Assembly: GCA_964016885.1 (NCBI GenBank)
Contig: OZ024743.1
Span: forward strand, 344,968,001-345,032,000
Direction: 5' to 3'
Length of the DNA stretch: 64,000 nt
Origin: Eledone cirrhosa
Lineage: Eukaryota
Shown: positions 25,103 through 37,760 of the stretch, piece after piece
How positions within the stretch are numbered: position 1 is the first letter of the stretch
Layout: each line of letters begins with the position of its first letter
Program-made: the position numbers and the translations under genes
The notes under the pieces: generated by a model
Told to the model about the DNA's origin: nothing
The model's database searches: none
Seen by the model: only the letters and a program-made list of their open reading frames with translations

Positions 25103-25822
25103 GTATGTGTATGCAATTCGGGAGTTTAATAAGTACAACAATAAAACTATAAATTGTAAATAAGTAAAATCTGCAATAAATATATTTAACTTACTATACC
25201 CCTAGATAACGTACTGCAGTAAATTTAATTACTTAACGTCAACCAGCCTCGTTAGCTTCAATAAGAAAGTGGATGCATAATCAACAATAAATATATAAAC
25301 AAATGTGTTTACTGTTCTAAAATGATCGTGAAACTTAAATTTAAAACAGGATTGGTTCCAACTGCAGACAACCATTGATATTGCCAAGGCAAGTTATAAA
25401 TATGTCTATTGCTTCCCTAAAGATGTGTTCCTAGGATATCATTAACGAGAAAATTCATTTAATCACGACTCTACGTAAGTAACTCTCTCATAGAAAACAC
25501 TCCTATCTACAGATCTCACAAAACTTATATCTACACCATTACTAAACTCAAACTATTTTAAAATAACCTCTTGAAGCTATTATTTCGATATTGTTTTCGA
25601 AACGGGGTTTTTTTTTTTTAAATGGAGAATTCTTATTGGCTTTTTTGTGAAGATTCTCTAAAGTTTTAGAAGCTTTCTCGAAATCTTGAATTTTTTTTGA
25701 GTATTCTTGTAATATGTTGCTATTCTGAATGATGTATGAATGAGTAATGATCTGTCAACCTATGTGAAATTATACAAGTTAATCGATATATATAACATAC
25801 ATCTTTTAACTTTAATTATATA

Positions 25823-25863
<41 letters not shown>

Positions 25864-25892
25864 GAAAAAGTATGACCCTCACATTTCCTTCG

Positions 25893-25954
<62 letters not shown>

Positions 25955-26019
25955 CACACATATAATGCAATCTAGGAAATCTAGAATGTATGTCAATTTA
26001 CGTGGGAGTTAAAAATTAT

Positions 26020-26312
26020 TGAAATTTAAAGTCTGTTTCAAGCCATGAGCCTCAACAAGTTACGGCTTATCCCATTCTCATTGGTGTTAAACAATTGAGA
26101 TTCTAAAACTCCTCGTTGCCTGTGAGGCCAGTTAATGGCAATGTTTGCACTCAGTTGCCGGTGGTATTCAATGTACCCAGCTGAGTGGTCGAAGAAACGT
26201 GTAATAATGTGTCTTTCTCAAGGGCAAACCCCACCGCTTGATTCGGATATCGAACGTGGGAACTTAACATCACCAACCTAGCAACTTAAGTACTAGTCCA
26301 TGTGCATTCACT
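26020..26312 (-). mobile_element. Diverged SINE family B-type copy
   Basis: Reverse-strand tRNA head (GTTCGATATCC) plus CCTTGAGAAAGACAC..CACGTT..CCACTCAGCTG core. Confidence 0.55.
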
Positions 26313-26419
26313 ATATAGAGAATTACTCTTATCTCTAGAAAGGTGCTGTTGCTGCCCACGCACACACACATCCTAGATAGTATCCAAAATATCATGTGAC
26401 TAATTCGCACAATTACTTA

Positions 26420-26680
26420 CAAACACTCTAACGTCTTGACCAAAATCGTACTGGTTCTTCTCTCTCCCTTTCCCCTTCTACAGCAATGTCTGTCACTCCT
26501 CGTAACTATCTGTATTTACACCAGCTTCCCGCAGGCACCCACCACGTACTCGTCTCTCCTTCTGCCATTACGAGTGCGTCTAACCCACCAGGATAATCAC
26601 TAACCTCCTCATCCAGTCCTTTCTGCTTAGAACGCCTGCCTTCTGGAATTTCATCTAATTCCCTGTCCTTCTAACAGGGA
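26420..26680 (+). pseudogene. Possible CR1/L2-type LINE 3' relic
   Basis: RTRLS...SF..RT..FWN-like fragments, heavily decayed. Confidence 0.3.
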
Positions 26681-26967
26681 TCGATTTGCAGCCGCTTAGG
26701 TGGAATATCAATGGTATCAATCTCTACGGTCTTGGAGCGTTTGCGGTCATCACTACATCTTGCAGACGTAGATTGTAAAAAAAAAAACAATGTTGGAAAG
26801 TTATCCCGACGTTGTTTCTTGTATTTTTGTAGAGAACCATCAATTATTTCAGAGTTGAAAAAGACTCTGACAGTTCGGAACTGAAGTTTTTCCGTATGAC
26901 TCTCGTTTTCTGAGTCGCTCAATGTCCCCCTCAATTTAACATCTAATTATCATGATGTAAATTTCCT

Positions 26968-27020
<53 letters not shown>

Positions 27021-28014
27021 CCCCTCTCTCCTCCTCTCTCCCTCTCTCTTTCTCTTACTCGCTTATTTTAAAGAGACATCTCACTCAGTCTGAATGTACG
27101 ATAGAACACCAAAAGCTCCAGCATATCACACTATCAGCACATTATAAGACAGGTGTTTAACAAGAATATAATTCCTGAACACACGTCATCTTCTCTTCTT
27201 TCATTCACCCTCTCTCTCTTACCTTGCACATGCACACATACACATACGCCATTACACACACACAGTGAAATTACAACCTAAGAAAGATACATACGCATGC
27301 ACACAAACACATACACAGGCACACGCATGCACATTCATATATGCACACGAATTCTTGCGAAACTAAACTCTGCTCCTGTTTAACCATATCTATCACAGTA
27401 GTTCGCCTGTCACCTATGTGTTCATCATTTGTCTTTGAGGCAGTAGGAGGATATGTCTTTAACTGAATCCTTCTGTTAATACAAATTTGTTACTGAATGA
27501 AATCAACAGGAAATTACGTTCACATAGAGCTATTACCAAGACATTCATGAAATCAATGGGGGGAATTTCAAGTAAATTTCCTAAAGCGGAGCATTCTCGT
27601 TGTTGTATTTGCATTAACTATGGCTTTAGTTGTTGCTGTTGGTGTTGTTGTTGGTGCTATTGGTGCTATTTGTTATGTTGTTGTTGTTGGTGACGGTGGT
27701 GTAAATATCGTTGATGTTCAAATTAATGTTAATTTAGTTGTTGGAATTGTTGTTGTCTCGTTAGTCACCAAACATGTCATAACGTCAGACGAAACGTTGA
27801 CTATAATATGTTCACGACAAGAAATATTTTAACATGTAGTACACGAGGAAATGTTTGCAAATCTATGTTGGAATAAAAAAAGTACGAGTGCTATACATTA
27901 GTAAATTGACTTCTGCATCATATGGTAATGAGACGAGGATGAGGAGATGAGATTTTGTTGAATCTGGAAGCTCTAAATCCGGATTTGCATGTTAGTGACA
28001 GATGTGACAGATGT

Positions 28015-28500
28015 GACAGGTGACCTCAAAGAAGAACAGCGTTCGTGGCCCAAGAGCTAACTAGATTGAACAACGGCGTTGCCACCTTGAGTCAGACTGG
28101 ATTTACAAGACAAGGCAATATTTACGAATCTGGTTCAGTTTACATCAACGTTTAGAAAGGAAAGGAAGTAGGAGTACATCGTCTCTTTTCAGTTAATTTT
28201 GCTGAGAAAACAAGTCTGGTGATGGACTATCAACTAAACCTAAAATCCATCAATGAGAGACTCATGACACTTCGTATCCCACTCTTTGGAGACAGCTTCG
28301 TCATCTACATCTCCGCCTTTGTACCTACCATTGATGCCGGTGAAGCTGTTAAGAAAACATTTTACCAGCAACTGAACATTGTTCTCTTCAAAGATTCACC
28401 CCAAACAAAACCCGTATGATGACATCGGTCTGACAATCAATATAAAGAGGAAACTAATAATACTCACACAACGTATTCCAAACTCAATCCTTCCAGATTT
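28015..28500 (+). pseudogene. Degenerate RTE-clade AP-endonuclease fragment
   Basis: RRTAFVAQELTRLN..ATLSQT; PKSINERLMTLRIPL..ISAFVPT..KKTFYQQL. Confidence 0.75.
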
Positions 28501-29111
28501 CAAAATCAACATATCAAATGCACCTTATCATTTTATCAAAACAGTGCAGAACATTTTGAAGAAAATCGCAGGAGAACCGAAGCAGATAAACGGTTGTGAC
28601 GAAAAATTCACCGATTCCAAACAAGGCCTTCATTGTCCATCAGATGTGATCTATGTGAACAAGGTTTCTTTAACCGTCATAAATATATTAGATGGAAAAT
28701 ATACTCGGAGCGAGCAAGAGCCGAAGATGATATAGATTTGTGTTTATCACATGTATAGAAGTTTCGAAGAAATTCTGTGATTGATAAAAGTAGTGACAGG
28801 TCTTCAAGGAAAATCGATTGTTCGGATCGAAAACGTAGAGACATTAAATATCTTACTATTATTGGAAATGAGGAATAATTTATATGTAAGAAGTGAACAC
28901 TCTTTACAATTCTAGAATGTTCAGTTTCTGGTTTTGTATTTCATTTGTATTTATTGTTTAGTAGTCCACACCAATCCCTTGTCTGTTCCACTTCCCCTTA
29001 CCGTTACTTCTGTGACTCATATCTTCTTCCTCATTCTTGTTCTACTACTACTACTACTACCACTACTACTACTACTAGCTGATGTCGCCTATATGTATGT
29101 ATGTATGTGTG

Positions 29112-29392
29112 TTCACAAATTTTTACCAATAGAGAGAGAGTCGGTTTCTAACAGAGACACAAGACTCTCTCATTGGAATTTACACATCAACTAGGTAGAT
29201 ATGTATGTCTGCATGTGTAGATATGGATGTTATTGTATGTGTGGATGTGTATGTTTTGAGTTGTATGTGTGCATGTGTATACGCTTTGTATCTGTACATG
29301 TGTATATGCAGTTATTAGATGCAACATTTTTGAAATGTTTTACATATTTTTACTGTTTCATTAATGGATTGTACTTGTAATTTCTTAACTAG
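29112..29392 (-). mobile_element. 3' end of R4/Dong-like LINE family B
   Basis: Matches 44900-45165; (ATGT)n on both sides. Confidence 0.85.
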
Positions 29393-29410
29393 TATGTATG
29401 TATGTATCTA

Positions 29411-29705
29411 TGGTTAAGAGAGTGGGACTGGCTCTGTGCAGTGCCTTTGCTCACTATAAAAGCTACACAGCACAGGCATTGCTTTATATCTGGAGATCTA
29501 TCTGCACTTGTCGTCACATGGTGCCATGGGCCCAGCACTATGTGTCAATAATTGTCACAAGTGTAGTGTTTGTACCAGAGTTTACACGTCGCTGGCTGGA
29601 CTAAAAGTCACACTCATTCAGCACATCGGTAGGGGTTCTCCTACATGGATATAAAGTAGTGGCCGTACTCGAAAACGAGTTGGCAGCCACCATGTATGTA
29701 TGTAT
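29411..29705 (+). mobile_element. RTE-derived element, 5'-truncated copy 5
   Basis: Starts TGGTTAAGAGAG and ends GCCACC-(ATGT)n. Confidence 0.85.
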
Positions 29706-29861
29706 GTTTGGTTGTTTCGATGAATGTATTTGTCGACCAATCTCTATGACTATCAGATATGCATCGATATATGTGTATACACCTATTTGCACAATCTATA
29801 TCTGCATGTTTTCCTGTTGTAATACACACACACACATACTTCAGCACCCGCGCACCCACAA

Positions 29862-29910
<49 letters not shown>

Positions 29911-29991
29911 AATATATATATATATATAAAAGACATAAAATAAGAAAATAAAAAAAAAACATTTTAAAGAATTAACTTACTTAAATTTTCA

Positions 29992-30071
29992 CTCCAACTA
30001 ATTTGTTTCTGCAATGGGATAAAGACAGTTACGTAATGAACTGTTGAGAATTTCATTGCGTCATCAGGGAG
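29992..30071 (-). ncRNA. Hammerhead (H2, inverted copy; helix III palindrome broken by one substitution)
   Basis: ctcc-CTGATGA-c-gcaatg...cattgc-a-GAAA-CAAATTAG-TT/ggag. Confidence 0.6.
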
Positions 30072-30267
30072 GTCTATTCTCAGCCAAGTCTCCAGGCAAT
30101 GCGCGGACACTGGGGACTCATATAAAAATAATAATAATTCGGTAAATGGAACAGCTATCGAGGACTGGATTCCAGGCACTGAAAATGTTCCATTTACCGA
30201 ATTATTATTATTTTTATATGAGTCCCCAGTGTCCGCGCAGTGCCTGGAGACTTGGCTGAGAATAGAC

Positions 30268-30347
30268 CTCCCTGATGACGCAATGAAATTCTCAACAGTT
30301 CATTACGTAACTGTTTTTATCCCATTGCAGAAACTAATTAGTTGGAG
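30268..30347 (+). ncRNA. Type I hammerhead ribozyme (H2)
   Basis: ctcc-CTGATGA-c-gcaatg...cattgc-a-GAAA-CTAATTAG-TT/ggag. Confidence 0.75.
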
Positions 30348-30820
30348 TGAAAATTTAAGTAAGTAAGTTAATTCTTAAAAATTTTTTTTTTTTAATTTTC
30401 TTATTTTACGTCTTTTATATTATTGTTCTGCATCCTCCTGCATTGAACCACCTAGGTACTATGACATAACCTGTGTATTTGCTGGCATTAGCGTACATCT
30501 GTGCGCTTATGTTAGTAGATATGTTAAATTATCTATATTTATCTCCAAATCACTGATTTGTCGAGCAAACTGCCAAAACCACTACTAAATTTTTTTGGGG
30601 GGTGTTAGTAGGCGTCTGTCATCTTACCATCCCATTCCTACTGACTAGCCTCTGTCTCACGTGATTGATTCTTTAGAATCGGCCATTTGACCAGTGGCAG
30701 TGAGAATTTTCAGTGCCTGGAATCCAGTCCTCGATAGCTGTTCCATTTACCGAATTATTATTATTTTTATATGAGTCCCCAGTGTCCGCGCATTGCCTGG
30801 AGACTTGGCTGAGAATAGAC

Positions 30821-30900
30821 CTCCCTGATGACGCAATGAAATTCTCAACAGTTCATTACGTAACTGTCTTTATCCCATTGCAGAAACTAATTAGTTGGAG
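30821..30900 (+). ncRNA. Type I hammerhead ribozyme (H2)
   Basis: Same core one unit (553 nt) downstream. Confidence 0.75.
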
Positions 30901-31096
30901 TGAAAATTTAAGTAAGTAAGTTAATTCTTTAAAATTTTTTTTTTAAATTGTTCTGCATCCTCCTGCATTGAACCACCTAGGTACTATGACATAACCTGTG
31001 TATTTGCTGACATTAGCGTACATCTGTGCGCTTATGTTAGTAGATATATTAAATTATCTATCTATCTATCTATCTATCTATATATATATATATATA

Positions 31097-31835
31097 GAAA
31101 GATTTGAATGGATACAGTTTAGTTGAAAGGAATTTATTGACACGTGTTTCTATAACAGTTACATAACCTAAAACAGCTATCTACAAACTTTTAGTTATGC
31201 AGACATTCAATATTTCAATGTTATTATTTACTGTCATTTCATCAGAATAATATTACTGAGGACCTATTTAGTTTTTATAGAGAATATTAGGAGGGAGGGG
31301 TGAAGTTGTTAGAAGAATAGTTGAAGGAGTGGTTTTTCGATAGCAGTGAGAATTCTTGGTGGCAGTGAGTAATTAGATTCCCATCTGTTGTTTTGACATT
31401 TTTTATAGAATATATTATTGGTTATTTTTCTAAATCTATAGAAGGATTAGAGATAGTGAAGATATGCGTGGTTGGTTTTGTGTTTGCACTTAATTAACAT
31501 TCAGACTTAAATTTTTCTTTCAAGTGTACGTATCCTTTCACCCACGCATTCACACACAAATATATTTGCACACCTCTACAAAATACATATACACACAATT
31601 CACATATTCATACTTACATATATATACACATGCATACACATATATTACACACATGTATTCATGTACATACATACGCGCTCATGTGTATACATTTTCATAC
31701 TCAACTTATCTTTATATACACACGTATAGACACACACATATATACATACATACTCTAGTCCATGTGTACACACATACACATACATACACATCCATATACA
31801 CATATATACATACACATATATACATACATATATAC

Positions 31836-31880
<45 letters not shown>

Positions 31881-32520
31881 CATACATACACAAACATACA
31901 TATACACACATATACATATATATATATATATATAAGCACTTTAATACATGAATACACTTACATCTAACTATACACATCAAACATATATATATATTTACTT
32001 ATTTATATACATTTTCACATATATATACATACTTATGGACGTTTTTAGACACATTCATTATCGCATATTTGTACCTATTCTCATCAGCATATCTTTTCAT
32101 TATTAGTATGGTAATTTAAGGTTATTAATATATGTTGAGAAGAGATTGTTTTTATATTTTTCTAACTAGATTAAGGTTTATATAGTTGGGGGATGTCCCT
32201 CTTTTATGTAATATTCGGCTTGTAGTGGGAAAAAAGGGTTTTAGTTCTGTGACGGCAGAATAATGTTCGTTCAATTCTGTTATTCAGCAGTTTCTTCTTG
32301 TGTGTGATTATGTAATAAATCTCAAGATTACACAATTTGCAGAAATTTTGGCTCCTGGAAAAGCTTTGGGTTTTAGCTAATTTTTCCCATTTTAGGGTAA
32401 ACTTTTGATCGCTATCCCTGAGCGTCCAAGCTTTTTCTGCTAGAGTTGTTACATTTCTTTGGCTCTGGTGTTTTATTGAGTAAGAATGCCTATACAATCG
32501 AGATTTAAACGATGTTGCCG
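31097..32520 (-). mobile_element. 3' part of Penelope-like element (GIY-YIG endonuclease C-terminus plus long 3' UTR)
   Basis: 32204-32520 encodes STATSFKSRLYRHSYS...TTLAEKAWTLR...LKWEKL...CKLCNLEIYYII...LLNNRIE...CRH, typical of a PLE GIY-YIG C-terminus; hammerhead near the 3' end. Confidence 0.8.
31134..31250 (-). ncRNA. Type I hammerhead ribozyme (H3) with long helix II insertion
   Basis: ttatt-CTGATGA-a-atgacagt...actgttat-a-GAAA-CACGTG-TC/aataa; GUC cleavage triplet. Confidence 0.75.
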
Positions 32521-32679
32521 TTGATATATATATATATATATACATGTATATATATAGAGAGAGAAAGAGAGATGCATACACACACACAAAAATATATATA
32601 TACATACATGTATATACATATATGTATAAATGCATATATGATGGACTCCTCCGTCGTAAATTGGCATGTGAGTGTTGAA

Positions 32680-33690
32680 CAGTTTTCTCAGTTTAATTTA
32701 TTAAGGCTGTACCTAAAATGCCAATTTCCTCCAGCTGCTTATTTACCCATCAAGCAGCATTTAATGCAAATGGCAAGATTTTGAAAGCAGCAGGATGTTA
32801 TATTTGATCGGATCTTGGTTTTAAATCTTAGATCTGTTCATAGATTTAAAATTGTACTTCAGTTTGTTTTTATATCTGAGTAATGTCCTATCTTGCTAGT
32901 ATAACAGTAGTTAGGCAGTGCGGTCCACATACATCCGTAGAACATGACCAGCGCTTTTGAGTTGGGATTGCGCCAGACATGACTCAATACCACCGACGAA
33001 AGAGCATAACAACTGATAGAGCGAAGACAATGTTTGTAGAAGACATCAAACTTATAAATGTGGCTGCCATAAAGTGTCCATGACCCCGAGCCATATAAGA
33101 GTTGTGTTAGTACCCCTAAACGATAAACTGCATTTTTCGATTTCAGTGATATACAATCTAATCATCCAGGGATGCAAGCAGTTCATCTTGCTGCCAATTT
33201 AATTAAAGGAGTCCTCGCCATCAACAGTGATGGATACATGGGGATGCTCGAGACCCAGCTCTCCTTGCCTAACATATTTTACTTGTCTGGAGTGCTTGGT
33301 CTTGGTTGACGTACCACACCAGTCTACTTAATGTGGGTTCTTAAACCAAAGGATTTACAAACAAGGGACAAGCGATGTCTCAGTTCATGTGCCTCTTCAA
33401 AGGATGTTGAACAAGTGAATAATCACCAGCAAACAGTAAATCACGAATAATACCTGTTCGTAAAACTGTTTTAATCATAAAGCACTAATAGTTGAATCTT
33501 ACACCAGTGTCTAAGTCGCCAAATCCATGCTATAGCATTACTGAGAACGGAGTAAAGGGAACTGGAACCATGACACAACCCTGCTTCATACGGTTTGTGA
33601 CACGAAAGTGTTCAGAGCATTCGCTATTTGACAGAATTGAGGCTCCCATGCCCTCATGAAAAGGCACGATAACATTCAGCATATATCCTT
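32680..33690 (-). pseudogene. Degenerate RTE-clade reverse transcriptase
   Basis: FRVTNRMKQGCVMVP and IRDLLFAGD (QG and YADD-equivalent motifs), many lesions. Confidence 0.75.
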
Positions 33691-33799
33691 TCTAAAGAGT
33701 CGGCACCCGACGGCTGAGCTACTGCACTTTGAACAGCTAGTTCCAAATTATATACGCTTGTTTTGCAAGATACTTGATGTCAAATAGTGTTTTTGAAAC

Positions 33800-34985
33800 C
33801 AATATTTATATATTTGGGGATGGTGATGATGCCAGTATTGCAAATAAAAAGTAATAACGTACCATATGATTTTCCTTTTTACACTTTATCTTTATTACTA
33901 GTTATACGTTAGTTCGTCAAAGTGCTTTTGAAACACATTCTGTGACTTTCTCGACGACTATTTGTTCTCTTTTTTGCTTCCTCTTCTTTCTGATCTTAAT
34001 CTTGATTTGTGTTTCGTGGCTCGTGTCTTCGCATGAATTTTCCCCTGCGCTTTCGCTTGTCTGTCTTTCTTTATATTTGGTCTGTCTACGACTACATTTA
34101 TAGTTTTGCAGTTTAATCGCGAGCTTACCTTACACACTATACAATTTCTATCCGTACAAGGTGTTTTCTTAAAGGGGTATGTCCTACTGTTATGGGATTT
34201 TATGGTAGCTCCTGGTTTTTATGGTTAATCCTTAGGTTCAATTTTTCTAATGCTCTCCTAAAACGGTACTCGATACTCCGGTAGTTTTAGTTGTGATACC
34301 ATGAGTTGGCCTTCCCTTCTTAGTCTTTTCTATTCTATTTCTCATTACCCTTACCTGGTCCGCTATCAAGGTATTGGACTTAGCACTATCTGAGCTCTGG
34401 TTGGTCAAGTTGTTTGGAGGCCATGGGATTTGTATAATGTGAATGGAGGATTAGGACTTTTTCATTCTTAGTTTCCCTCCAGCATTCTGTGTCTAACATG
34501 GGTAGAAAGCAGTTACGCTGCTTAATGGGGAAGTCCACTGTTACATTAATGCTCTGGTGGAAGGAGATAGCTATTTCCTGGATACTCTTATTCGTGCACA
34601 CCTCTAGTTCCAGTTGATGGGTATTCTTTCGTGGGTGTGTTTTTAACACTATATTGATATCAATATTCAACCTCCTATACACACAGAACACGCGCATATA
34701 CAGGGTAAACACAAAAATATGCACACACAAGAGAAGGCAGGCTCGAATCACGAAATATGCATCAAAGAAACAAAGGACAAGATGGAGTCACAAATTAAGA
34801 CTAGTAAGGGAGCAGAGGAGTCACAAATGGGAACAGATATTAATTGAGGAAGTCACAGAATGTGTGACTAAATAACTGTCACTATCTAACGAATAACTAG
34901 CTATAAAGATGAAGTGGAAGAGTGAAAATCATTTGGAGAGTGTGTTCGTTTTCATTGGGAATACTGGTAACATGACCAACTCCAC
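33800..34985 (-). mobile_element. Degenerate Penelope-like element with inverted terminal segment
   Basis: SINVTVDFP...LPMLDTECW...HYTNPMASK...VRVMRN (PLE RT thumb region). ~33860-33955 and ~34845-34935 are imperfect inverted copies. Confidence 0.65.
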
Positions 34986-35612
34986 ATATATGTATGTATA
35001 TATATATGTGTGTGTATGTGTGTATATATATATAATAGTGTACATAAAAGCGAAATGAAGAAATCTAAAGCAAATCTCCTCCGCCACAATGGAATTCCCC
35101 CACTCTACTGACTAGCGACACTCTGTCACCTATACTCTCACTTACAAGAGAGATTTCCTTCATTCAGAAAAATATCTAAATAGAGAAAGTCATAGAGGAG
35201 AAATAGAGTTGTGCAGAAACTAAGTAAAATTTAGTATGCAATGACAGCAAATGCAATCAATGTTAACGTATTGCTTAGAAAATGAAAGTAGAAGTATTTA
35301 ACTCCTCCACCGCCATGTTGTCTGGAAGTTCTTCTTCGGGAGAATAGTTATTTCTTTTCCCTCGTCACTCAGCAGCTATTTCATTGTTTTGTCTATGTAC
35401 TTAGCCCGCATCTTTGTTCTGTCTTCTTTTACTACGAATAAACCTTTTAACTATACAACTATGTTTATATCTATCTATCTATCTATCTATCTTATCTATC
35501 TGTCTGTCTGTCTCTCTATATCTGTGTATATTTGTTGATCTGTTTCTTTGCTTTGCCTTTTTGTATCGCTTCTCCTCCCTATCTCTTTCTTTGTGTGTAT
35601 ATATATTATATA

Positions 35613-35651
<39 letters not shown>

Positions 35652-35728
35652 ATAAATTAACGGAGCCATAGCCTCTCGCTATTCCCTGTCAATAATGTGT
35701 TCAAAGGAGAAGGAATCCTGAGCTCTTT

Positions 35729-35820
35729 AAAATACAATATGTTGAAAAGGTAACACACTAGAGAGAGATAGTGCGCACTATCTCTCTCTAGTGTGTTACC
35801 TTTTCAACATATTGTATTTT
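35729..35820. repeat. Perfect 92-bp palindrome without spacer
   Basis: AAAATACAATATG...GATAGTGC|GCACTATC...CATATTGTATTTT, centred between 35774 and 35775. Confidence 0.95.
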
Positions 35821-35821
35821 G

Positions 35822-35852
<31 letters not shown>

Positions 35853-35892
35853 TTACACACACACGGAGACACGCACACGCCTCGCACACACC

Positions 35893-35945
<53 letters not shown>

Positions 35946-35973
35946 TTATATATATGTATATATATATATGTAT

Positions 35974-36377
35974 AGAGATGACCCCTTAGCCTTTGTCAAG
36001 GCAGAATTCTAGGAGAAGGAAAACTCTGATATCACACCTGCAACCCTGATGATATCCAATGATGTTGACTTCTTCTTCTTTTTGGTAAATATCATCTTGG
36101 TTAAGAGAGTGGGACTGGCTTTGTGCAGTGCCTTTGCTCACTATAAAAACTTCACGGCACAGGCATTGCTTTATATCAGGAGATCTCTCTGCACTTGTCG
36201 TCACATGGTACCATGGGCCCAGCACTATCTGTCAATAATTGTCACATGTGTAGTGTTTGTACCAAAGTTTTCAAGTCGCTGGCCGGACTGAAAAGTCACA
36301 CTCGTTCAGCGCATCGGTAGGGGTCCTCCTACATGGATATAAAGTAGTGGCCGTACTCGAAAACGAGTTGGCAGCCA

Positions 36378-36380
<3 letters not shown>
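35974..36380 (+). mobile_element. RTE-derived element, 5'-truncated copy 6
   Basis: Colinear with the other copies; inserted in (AT)n. Confidence 0.85.
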
Positions 36381-36431
<51 letters not shown>

Positions 36432-36548
36432 CAAACCACAACCCCTTCATCTCAATTCTACTTTTGAAAAGCATAATAACTGTGAAACCGGTAAAAGAAA
36501 GAAAGAAATATTCATAAAATGACTCCAGTTGCATTCTCGATTTCTTTT

Positions 36549-36600
<52 letters not shown>

Positions 36601-36779
36601 AATAGCGCGCCATTTCTTAGTAATAAATTATTAGTAATAAATATCACTGCTTACCACTTCCAAGGCTGCTAAACCCTTTCTTATGTTTCATAAAATATTA
36701 ATCAAATTGTACAATAAGTTCAATAATTCCTTAAAAATATTCCCACTGCATTTAGATCTTGAGATCTCTTCACTACCTA

Positions 36780-37760
36780 CAAATGCCAAAGGTTGAAGCA
36801 CTAGCTGTTTCTCTGATATAATTTTAAAAGGATAATGGAAATGATTTTGAAGACTACATAGGACAGTTTCATGACATTGCCAGCAATATACCTGCTCACT
36901 ACAGAAGAAGGCAACATAGACTTATGGTTGAGAAACCGGCAACTGTTTTCATACCTTTTGCTGCTAACTCATTGAATTTAGTTGTATATGTTACTGCTAT
37001 ATGCTGTAATGATGCTGTCAATTAGTTTGACTTCATACATAGGTTATACAACTTTTTCGTTTCTCCATCAACATGCAGATGGAAAAATCTAATGAAGACA
37101 TTGGAAGGTATGAAAAGAGCACTAATTGTGAAGCAGATGTCAAACACACATTGGTCAGCAAGAGCTGAAGCCTTCGTAGATGAGTGTGACTACATTTAAA
37201 ATATTCTGCAAAATATTGAAAGTGGCTTGGAACAAACAAGTGAAGCACAGACGGTAGCAGACAAGGTGAACTGCCTGGACATTGTCCGGGTGGCCAAGAT
37301 GTGGAATTTAATTTGTTTAACAACCCAAAGATTTTCTAGGGTTTATTGACCTGAATGGAGTGATGCATTTAACTGATTCTCTAGAAAAGTTTCTAAAATC
37401 TTTTCGGGATAGGTATTCAGATTGTTAAAACTGAAAGCTAAGATCATCTGAGCCATCACTAACTACAATGCAAAGACAGGTAGACCAACATCACAATGCA
37501 AATCCAACATCAGTCTTTGAGGAAATAGTTCGTTCCCGGGAGACATACAGGACTTTTAACGCATTAATATATTTTTAGATCAGTTGTGTGTTGCTTTTCA
37601 GTTAGTGCATAAGTTCAAAAACATAGTGTATCTATCTTATTTACCTGATGCAGATATATGAACTGAAGCTGAGAAACTTATCACTGCCCCATGAATTCAG
37701 TTGTGTGGTGATGGAAGAAATTGTCCCCTTATCAGTTTAAAGAATATAAGATTTTTGAAA
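36780..37760 (+). pseudogene. Degenerate hAT-superfamily transposase
   Basis: DYIGQFHDIASN (cf. CRGQ.YD.A.N), VFIPFAANSLNLV (cf. F.PC.AHSLNL), LYNFF..RW, SNTHWSAR (cf. TRWSAR). Confidence 0.75.

Larger units (their letters stand above)
29927..31060. mobile_element. ORF-less PLE-derived tandem element (family H2): inverted piece plus ~1.6 units of 553 bp
   Basis: 29927-30186 is inverted; 30187-31060 is a direct repeat with period 553; three hammerhead cores. Confidence 0.85.

Noticed and set aside
31160-31240. SECIS element in the H3 helix II insertion
   Set aside because: ATGA is present, but there is no convincing GA quartet or apical AA spacing, and no in-frame UGA in the visible ORF part.
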